Assembly (NCBI GenBank): GCA_947627235.1
Contig: CANQVG010000009.1
Location: forward strand, 2,376-66,375
Direction: 5' to 3'
DNA: 64,000 bases
DNA from: an uncultured Clostridia bacterium
Lineage (GTDB): Bacteria > Bacillota > Clostridia > Oscillospirales > Ruminococcaceae
In this document: in pieces, positions 17,500-24,262 of the stretch
Layout of the letters: the number at the start of each line of letters is the position of its first letter
How positions within the stretch are numbered: position 1 is the stretch's first letter
Position numbers and translations under genes: made by a program
The notes under the pieces: model-generated
What the model was told of the DNA's origin: nothing
The model's input: only the letters and a program-made list of their open reading frames with translations
The model's database searches: none

Positions 17500-18305
17500 T
17501 TAAACTTTTCTCAAAACATACAGTGTGGTTATGGTTCCTATATCAATACCCACACGCTCGGCCTGTTTGCCGAACTCGTTGTCGGTTTTATCCCATTTGT
17601 GATAGTACGACTTATCGCAGGATTCGATTTCAAATCCGCACTTTATAAACTTCTCTTTCCATGTTTCGCCGGGCTCGTCGTCGTAGGGCTTCCACAACGG
17701 CGTTTCCCACGAAGCATAGACCTTTTTGACCGCTTCAATATCCGCCCAGCCGTCGCTTTCAATAGCGACAAACCTGCCGCCGTCTTTTAAAACGCGGCGG
17801 ATTTCCTTCAGCGCTTTTAGCTGACCCTCTTTGCCCGCCCTCGTTGAAGAAACTCCGATGAAGCTTGTAACATTTTCAAAAGCGCCGTCGACAAGCGGAA
17901 TATCCAAGACGCTGAATTGAGCGAGACTGATGCTTAAGTCGCGCAGATTCATGTTTATATACTCGCGCCAAGACTTGATAAGTATTGAGCAGGCGTCTGT
18001 TGCCAAACAGCTTTCGGGTTGCTGCCTAAAATTATCGGAGCAAGACCCATTCCCGGGCCGCAGGCGATCTCCAGAAACGGCGCGGACACGTCGGAAAACA
18101 GTCTGCGGACTTCGTTGAAAATCTCTGCGTGGACGGGACTTTCATGTTGCTTATACTGCCATGTGTTACGGAAGTTACCGCCGAGCCAATAATCGCGGTT
18201 CTCTTCATCAAATTGGTCGCCGTCGGCGTCGGCGCCGTAGTAGTAATCGCCGCAAATCACTTTTGCGGGCCGGCGGCTGAATAAACCGCAAAATAAATCG
18301 TTCAT
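17500..18305 (-). pseudogene. class I SAM-dependent methyltransferase interrupted by a 1-nt frameshift
   Basis: The N-terminal ORF (ATG 18305, motif I LEIACGPGMGL) and the C-terminal ORF (17500-18006) overlap in different frames. Adding one T to the T3 run (plus-strand aaa 18005-18007) gives the continuous sequence NPKAVLATDACSILIK. Confidence 0.6.
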
Positions 18306-18340
18306 CGCGCAGCCTCCTCTTTGGTGACAGCAGGGAAACA

Positions 18341-18562
18341 AAAACGCCCCGCAAGCTTTTGGCTCACGGGGCGATAAGATCGCGGTTCCACCCGAATTTA
18401 TAACTCAAGGGCCCTTAACGCGGGCTTACGGCGCCGATTAAGACGCACTCGGGGGCGGTATCCTTTATGCCGTGAAATCCGCGCCGCTCGCAGCCTGCGC
18501 GGCACTCTCTGAAGAATTTCTACGGACGGGCTTCCCCGTCATCGTGTTTAAACTAAGTTTTC
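18341..18562 (-). promoter_or_regulatory. T-box leader, probable Thr (ACC) specifier
   Basis: On the minus strand there is a GATGA K-turn half and a CAGAGAG motif. The candidate specifier is GGAUACCG (ACC = plus 18457-18459). The T-box sequence AAATTCGGGTGGAACCGCG is at plus 18381-18399. The terminator cgccccg...cggggcgtttt is at 18341-18373. Confidence 0.75.
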
Positions 18563-18568
18563 GCTAAT

Positions 18569-18597
18569 AGAATACCATCGGCGGTTCGAAATGTCAA
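18569..18597 (-). promoter_or_regulatory. promoter of the T-box operon
   Basis: The minus strand reads TTGACA (18597-18592), a 17-nt spacer, then TATTCT (18574-18569). Confidence 0.55.
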
Positions 18598-18656
18598 GAG
18601 GAAAATTATTTTCGACAATAAATTCGGGTAAAAATCGGCGTTTTCAAAAATTATTC

Positions 18657-18685
18657 TTGACAGAAACAAAAAACAAGTATAAAAT
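18657..18685 (+). promoter_or_regulatory. promoter of rny
   Basis: TTGACA 18657-18662, a 17-nt spacer, then TAAAAT 18680-18685. Confidence 0.55.
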
Positions 18686-18777
18686 ATAATCGTATATTGC
18701 ATTATTATGCTTATATGACCCTAATCTTATACCATTAAATAGATGCGTATTTAAAAATCTATGAAAGGAGAATGTCG

Positions 18778-20337
18778 ATGACCTTATTGGACATCATACT
18801 GCTTTTGGTCGCTGTTGCGGCGGCTGTTGTATCAGGAATAGTATTCTATAAGCTCGGATATAACGATAGAAAGAAAAAAGCAGAGGCTCAGATCGGCTCG
18901 GCGGAGCAGGAAGCTTCGAGGATAGTCGAAGAGGCGAAAAAGAACGCCGATTCGCTTAAAAAAGAAAAGTTGATCGAAACCAAGGACGAAATTTACAAGG
19001 CCCGTCAGGAGGCCGAACGCGAAATCAAGGAGCGCCGCTCCGAGGTTACACGTCAGGAAAGAAGAATTCAGCAGAAAGAGGAAACTCTTGACAAGAAGCT
19101 TGATAATGTGGAGCGCAAAAACGATCTCGTCGCGCAGAAGCTTGCTCAGGCGGACGCAAAACTCAGCGAAGCGGAAGAGGTACGCCGCGGACAGATAGAA
19201 ATGCTCGAAAGGATATCTCAGTTCACCGTGGAACAGGCAAAGGAATACCTTTTAAAGCAGCTTGAAGACGAGCTTGTTCACGAAAAAGCCGTCAAGATTC
19301 TCAATTATGAACAGCAGACTAAGGAGGAATGCGAAGCCAAGGCAAGGCAGCTTATCTCTTTGGCAATCGCAAGATGCGCCGCCGATCAGGTCTCCGAATC
19401 TGCGGTAAGCGTGGTCCCGCTGCCGAACGACGAGATGAAGGGAAGAATCATCGGACGCGAGGGAAGAAATATCCGCGCGATAGAGCAGCTCACCGGCGTC
19501 GACCTCATCATCGACGATACGCCCGAAACCATCACCCTCTCCTGCTTCGACCCCGTAAGACGCGAGGTCGCAAGAATCGCTCTCGAAAAGCTGATTCAGG
19601 ACGGCAGAATCCACCCGACGAGAATTGAGGAGATGGTGGACAAGGCAAGACGCGAAGTCGAACAGGTGATAAAGAGCGAGGGCGAACGCGCTATCCTCGA
19701 AGCTAACATCCACGGTCTCAACCACGAGCTTGTCAAGCTCATAGGACGCCTCCATTACCGCACAAGCTACCGTCAAAACGTTTTGAACCACTCGATTGAG
19801 GTCGCTCACCTCGCGGGAATGATGGCTTCGGAACTCGGCGTAGACCCGACGCTCGCCCGCAGAGCAGGTCTTTTGCACGATATCGGCAAGGCGCTTTCAC
19901 ACGAAATCGAGGGCTCGCATGTCCAGATAGGCGTGGACGTCTGCAAAAAATATAAGGAGTCGCCGGACATCATACACGCCATTGAAGCTCACCACGGCGA
20001 CGTCGAGTGCCACAGTGTGATAGCTGCTCTCGTTCAGGCGGCGGACGCTATCTCGGCGGCAAGACCCGCGGCGAGAAGCGAAAACTTTGAAAATTACATC
20101 AAACGCCTCGAAAAGCTTGAGGAAATCTGCTCGGGCTTCGAGGGAGTAGAAAAATCCTTCGCGATTCAGGCGGGCAGAGAAGTCAGAATAATCATAATGC
20201 CCGAAAAGGTAAGCGACGAGCAAATGGTTATCGTCGCAAGAGAAATCTCGAAAAAAATCGAGGACGAGATGGATTATCCCGGCCAGATAAAAATAAATCT
20301 TATAAGAGAAACAAGAGCTGTAGACTATGCAAAATAG
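18778..20337 (+). CDS. rny: ribonuclease Y
   Basis: N-terminal TM, a long coiled-coil, a KH domain ([15 protein letters not shown]) and an HD domain (LLHDIGK). The start is taken at the ATG at 18778, 7 nt after GGAG. Confidence 0.93.
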   Translation: MTLLDIILLLVAVAAAVVSGIVFYKLGYNDRKKKAEAQIGSAEQEASRIVEEAKKNADSLKKEKLIETKDEIYKARQEAEREIKERRSEVTRQERRIQQKEETLDKKLDNVERKNDLVAQKLAQADAKLSEAEEVRRGQIEMLERISQFTVEQAKEYLLKQLEDELVHEKAVKILNYEQQTKEECEAKARQLISLAIARCAADQVSESAVSVVPLPNDEMKGRIIGREGRNIRAIEQLTGVDLIIDDTPETITLSCFDPVRREVARIALEKLIQDGRIHPTRIEEMVDKARREVEQVIKSEGERAILEANIHGLNHELVKLIGRLHYRTSYRQNVLNHSIEVAHLAGMMASELGVDPTLARRAGLLHDIGKALSHEIEGSHVQIGVDVCKKYKESPDIIHAIEAHHGDVECHSVIAALVQAADAISAARPAARSENFENYIKRLEKLEEICSGFEGVEKSFAIQAGREVRIIIMPEKVSDEQMVIVAREISKKIEDEMDYPGQIKINLIRETRAVDYAK

Positions 20338-20522
20338 TTAAAATTCAACAACAATCGGCGGCTAAAAGAGGCTGCCGATTGTGCATTTCTTACAAAATAA
20401 GAAAATATAAATATTTTTTGCAACAATTTGAGCCGAGTCTGACACTATTTAGACAGCGGGAAGCAAAGATGAGCTTAACCGCGGCGGAATTTTCAGCTTT
20501 TGCCAAAAAAACAGGAAAAGGG

Positions 20523-20551
20523 TTGACAAATCCGCCGGACTGTGTTATACT
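20523..20551 (+). promoter_or_regulatory. strong sigma-A promoter of the 512-aa surface-protein gene
   Basis: TTGACA 20523-20528, a 17-nt spacer, then TATACT 20546-20551. Confidence 0.65.
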
Positions 20552-20639
20552 GCTTGTGTCTTGGATTCCCGAGACAAATCAAAATTCCTATACCCGTATA
20601 GGAAAAACCTATCCAAATTTTATAAGGAGGAAAATTACT

Positions 20640-22178
20640 ATGGCAAAGAAAATTTTGGCAGTCGTTCTGGCTGTCATGATGGCTCTCTCTGCAATGGCCA
20701 TCACTGCGTTCGCCGATGATATTATCATCGATCTTTATAATGCTAACCAGAACCTCAACAAAGCCAACAACACCGTTACCGTAACCTTTGACATTCCTGT
20801 TTATGGTCTTTACGGCTATCTCACTGCGGGTGACTACTTCACCCTCGAACTGCCGAGATACTTCGGCGGCGAAGTTCCGGCAGATAAGACCATCAAATGG
20901 TCTGTTGTTGTTGACTCCACTTCTTGGACTCTCAAGAGCGACACGACCACCAGCTCTGTCGCTGTTTCCGATCCCAAGCAGGTTGTTATTTCTTACTGGG
21001 GCCACAACTATGACGGCACCAACACCGCTGTTCCTCAGGCCACCGGTTACAACCAGACCTCTTCTATCAGAGTAGTTGCTACCATTGAGAACGTCCCGCT
21101 CGTTGGCGGTTGGAAGACTCCTTCCGTTGACGCCACCTCGCTGTTCGTTACTCGCGGCTGGACCGGCCCTGAGTACGGCGATCAGCCTTCTCCGGTAAAG
21201 GCTCAGTGGTACACCAACAACGAAGCCATTAACGGCAACGTCAGCTATGTTATGCAGTGGAGTCCTGCCGCTTCCACCAATGACACCACTAAGGCGGGCG
21301 AATACAACTTCGTAAGCGCTGAGTGGACCAGCAGCCTTCAGGGCACCATTCCCGGTACTGAAGATACGGCTCCTTGGACCGGCAATGGCAGTGCAGCAGG
21401 CGATGCCGCTTACCCGCTCACTTGGGACCACACCATGAAAAACAGAGGCGATATCTACAGCTACGCCGGCACTACCGTTGAGCTCGTAGTTGAGCTTAAA
21501 AAGCCTATCATAGGCCAGGCAACTTACACCCTCTATGCCAAGGGCGGAGATACCCCCTACACCTACAACCAGTCTTACTGGTGGCAGTATAGCAACCAGA
21601 GAAAGTATATCACTCAGCAGACTGTTGTCGGCAAGGCAAACGAACTGGTCTTCGAAGTTCCGATCGAGGTTCTTCTTGACGGCACTTACGGTGCTTTCAA
21701 TACCGAGTTCGCTATCTGCGAGAACATCACCCTCCTCAACGCCAACACTATGAAGGACTACCTCAATGTTGACCGTGCCAAGGTTGGCAACGGCGACGGC
21801 AAATACGGTCCTATTTCTTGGAGAGGTTGGACCGATCGTATCCAGTACAACAACGAAGATGTCAACTATGCTAAGACCGGTGTTGCCGGAACTCTCGGCG
21901 CCGATGTAACCGCTACGAAGATCTATCTCCGTCTTCCCGAAATCGATACCGGCGACAGCAACGTTGATATCGACAATCCTCAGCAGGATACCGGCAACGT
22001 TACCGACGATCCCGCCGACGGCGATGAGATGAACGCCGGCGATCAGACCGAAGATCCCAAGGAAGAAGACAACACTCCCGCTCCCTCGGAGTCGGAGAAC
22101 CCTCCTACGGGCATCGCTCTTGCGGTCATCCCGATGATTCTTGCCGCTGCTGCTGCAGTTGTTGCTAAGAAGCACTAA
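20640..22178 (+). CDS. orphan major-surface-protein candidate with C-terminal NPPTG + TM + KKH sorting-like signal
   Basis: The start is taken at MAKKILAVVLAVMMALSAMAITAFA (ATG 20640, AAGGAGG RBS). It has a T/N/Y/W/G-rich beta-type sequence and an acidic linker. The C-terminus is ENPPTGIALAVIPMILAAAAAVVAKKH. No family recognised. Confidence 0.6.
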   Translation: MAKKILAVVLAVMMALSAMAITAFADDIIIDLYNANQNLNKANNTVTVTFDIPVYGLYGYLTAGDYFTLELPRYFGGEVPADKTIKWSVVVDSTSWTLKSDTTTSSVAVSDPKQVVISYWGHNYDGTNTAVPQATGYNQTSSIRVVATIENVPLVGGWKTPSVDATSLFVTRGWTGPEYGDQPSPVKAQWYTNNEAINGNVSYVMQWSPAASTNDTTKAGEYNFVSAEWTSSLQGTIPGTEDTAPWTGNGSAAGDAAYPLTWDHTMKNRGDIYSYAGTTVELVVELKKPIIGQATYTLYAKGGDTPYTYNQSYWWQYSNQRKYITQQTVVGKANELVFEVPIEVLLDGTYGAFNTEFAICENITLLNANTMKDYLNVDRAKVGNGDGKYGPISWRGWTDRIQYNNEDVNYAKTGVAGTLGADVTATKIYLRLPEIDTGDSNVDIDNPQQDTGNVTDDPADGDEMNAGDQTEDPKEEDNTPAPSESENPPTGIALAVIPMILAAAAAVVAKKH

Positions 22179-22224
22179 TTCCTCCTATTAAAGAAGGATA
22201 AACCGTTACTAAACGGGTAAACAG

Positions 22225-22258
22225 CCCCCGCCTGATGCAGACAGGCGGGGGATTTTTT
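22225..22258 (+). terminator. Rho-independent terminator
   Basis: cccccgcctg-atgcaga-caggcggggg followed by a T6 run. Confidence 0.85.
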
Positions 22259-22378
22259 GTGTAAATTTAAAATACGGCATAGGGATTCGGAAACGGAGAA
22301 AAAAACGGTGAAGTGCCGAAGCGCGTCAAAAAAATTAAGGGAAAGGCAAAAAAATTTGTGAAAATCGCGTGTAGGGAC

Positions 22379-22407
22379 TTGACACTAACCTTTCACTTTG
22401 CTATAAT
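22379..22407 (+). promoter_or_regulatory. perfect consensus sigma-A promoter at the head of the 20-kb locus
   Basis: TTGACA 22379-22384, a 17-nt spacer, then TATAAT 22402-22407. Confidence 0.75.
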
Positions 22408-22561
22408 ATAGACGATAAATCGCGATAATCTCAACTGAATATCTGCTTGTGAGAGCAAATATTTATTTTCCGTTTGTGAAAATAGTATTTGCTTAAACTC
22501 GTTTATGAGGTTTGCACTATTGATTTGTGCAGATTGCACAAACACGCCCTGTGGAGGAAAG

Positions 22562-23239
22562 ATGGCAGAAATACTTACGGCCCGAAACGTTGTTCGGGAT
22601 TTTATCATCGGCGACGGAAGCGTGGTTCACGCGCTGAAAGGTGTGAACATTGATGTTGCCGAGGGCAGGCTGACGATTTTAAAAGGACGTTCCGGTTCCG
22701 GCAAGACAACGCTTATAAATATGCTCGGCGCGCTCGACAGACCGACCTCGGGCGAGGTCATCTTTGACGGGCAGGATATCACAAAGCTCAGCGATTCAAA
22801 GCGCGATGAGATAAGACGCTATCAGATGGCTTTTGTGTTCCAGTCGGTGGCGCTTATGAGCTCGATGACGGCTTATGAAAACGTCGACTTCGGGCTGCGT
22901 CTCGCGGGATTCCCTCTCGACAAAAGAAAGGAACGCGTCACGAAGTGTCTTGAAGAAGTCGGACTCGCAAAGAGAATGAATCACCGACCCGGAGAGCTTT
23001 CTGGCGGCGAACAGCAAAGAGTCGCAATAGCGCGCGCTCTTGCCCACGAGCCGAAGATAATCTTTGCCGACGAACCTACCGCCGAGCTTGACTCGGGTAC
23101 GAGTCACCACATCGTCGAGCTTTTCAAGACGCTCGTCCTCGACGAGCATATGACAATAGTAATGACCACGCACGACGTGAGCCTTTTGGAAATCGCCGAC
23201 CGCGTTTATACTCTGGAGGACGGTGAGATAGTTGAGTAA
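22562..23239 (+). CDS. ABC transporter ATP-binding protein (LolD/MacB/FtsE class)
   Basis: The start is taken at [11 protein letters not shown] (GGAGGA RBS). Walker A is [10 protein letters not shown], the signature is [15 protein letters not shown] and Walker B is IIFADEPT. Confidence 0.88.
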   Translation: MAEILTARNVVRDFIIGDGSVVHALKGVNIDVAEGRLTILKGRSGSGKTTLINMLGALDRPTSGEVIFDGQDITKLSDSKRDEIRRYQMAFVFQSVALMSSMTAYENVDFGLRLAGFPLDKRKERVTKCLEEVGLAKRMNHRPGELSGGEQQRVAIARALAHEPKIIFADEPTAELDSGTSHHIVELFKTLVLDEHMTIVMTTHDVSLLEIADRVYTLEDGEIVE

Positions 23240-24194
23240 AAAGAAGCAGAAAAAGCTCGAACACGAGCAGGAACTCATCGCCGAAAGCGAATACGCGATA
23301 GAATGTGAGAACCTCGTAAAAATTTACAAGACCGACCAGATTGAGGTCGTGGCGCTTCAGGGACTCGATTTGCAGGTCAAAAAGGGCGAGCTTGTCGCGA
23401 TAGTAGGCACATCGGGCTCCGGCAAATCGACGCTTCTGAATATGCTCGGCGGGCTCGACAAGCCCTCCGCGGGAAGCCTCACCGTAAACGGCAGGAATCT
23501 TCTGAAATTCACCGAGGAAGACTACATGATTTATAAGCGCAACACCGTCGGATTCGTCTGGCAGAACAATGCGCGAAACCTCGTACCGTATCTGACTGCC
23601 GTGCAGAACGTCGAGCTGCCGATGCTTTTGCAGGGGCAGAAAGAGAGAAGGGCGAGGGCGCTCGAGCTTCTCGAAGCCGTGGGACTCTCGAACAGAATAA
23701 ATTCCCGTCTCGACCAGATGTCGGGCGGCGAGCAGCAAAGGGTCGCGATTGCGATTTCGCTCGCGAATAACCCCGCGATTCTTTTGGCGGACGAACCTAC
23801 GGGTTCGGTGGATACGAAAACCTCTGACCAGCTTTTGCAGGTCTTTAAGGATATAAACGAAAAGCGCGGCGTGACCGTGGTCATAGTTACCCACGACCTG
23901 CGCCTCGCAAAGCAGGTCAACCGTGTTGTCGCCATTCGCGACGGCAGAACTTCGAGCGAGATAATCAAAAAATCTCACGCCGAGATAATGAGCGAATCGA
24001 AGGGCTGGAACAGCGGTGATGCGCAGGAAACCGAGGAGCAGGAGGTTTCGGAGGAGTTGGTTGTTCTGGACAGAACAGGACGCCTGCAAATTCCGAAAGA
24101 GTACCTCGAAGCGCTTGACATCAAGGGCGGCTCTAAGGTAAAGGCGGATCTTGATCTTGAGCAGGAGCGAATTTATATCCACAAAGCTCAATAA
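23232..24194 (+). CDS. ABC transporter ATP-binding protein (LolD/MacB class) with ~90-aa C-terminal extension
   Basis: The TTG start overlaps the upstream gene by 8 nt. Motifs are [25 protein letters not shown] and ILLADEPT. The C-terminal tail has an acidic linker followed by an AbrB/SpoVT-like segment (VVLDRTGRLQIPKEYLEALDIKGGSKVKA). Confidence 0.85.
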   Translation: MSKKKQKKLEHEQELIAESEYAIECENLVKIYKTDQIEVVALQGLDLQVKKGELVAIVGTSGSGKSTLLNMLGGLDKPSAGSLTVNGRNLLKFTEEDYMIYKRNTVGFVWQNNARNLVPYLTAVQNVELPMLLQGQKERRARALELLEAVGLSNRINSRLDQMSGGEQQRVAIAISLANNPAILLADEPTGSVDTKTSDQLLQVFKDINEKRGVTVVIVTHDLRLAKQVNRVVAIRDGRTSSEIIKKSHAEIMSESKGWNSGDAQETEEQEVSEELVVLDRTGRLQIPKEYLEALDIKGGSKVKADLDLEQERIYIHKAQ

Positions 24195-24262
24195 CATTCT
24201 TTATAACCCTAAAAACGGAGAAAATATATCGCACTCCAAATACAACGAAAGGTGGAATTACA

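Noticed and set aside
20493-22175. 560-aa ORF antisense to the 512-aa surface-protein gene
   Set aside because: It mirrors the sense gene exactly and is rich in R/G/V/N runs typical of reverse-frame translation of a biased gene. It has no RBS or promoter. The sense strand has a promoter, RBS, signal peptide and terminator.
22562-24194. The two ATPases as the energising subunits of the MalFG-type permease pairs
   Set aside because: Their motifs and length are LolD/MacB/FtsE-like and they lack a MalK-type C-terminal regulatory domain. CUT1 permeases in Firmicutes commonly use a shared MsmK-type ATPase encoded elsewhere. This is kept only as an alternative to be tested.
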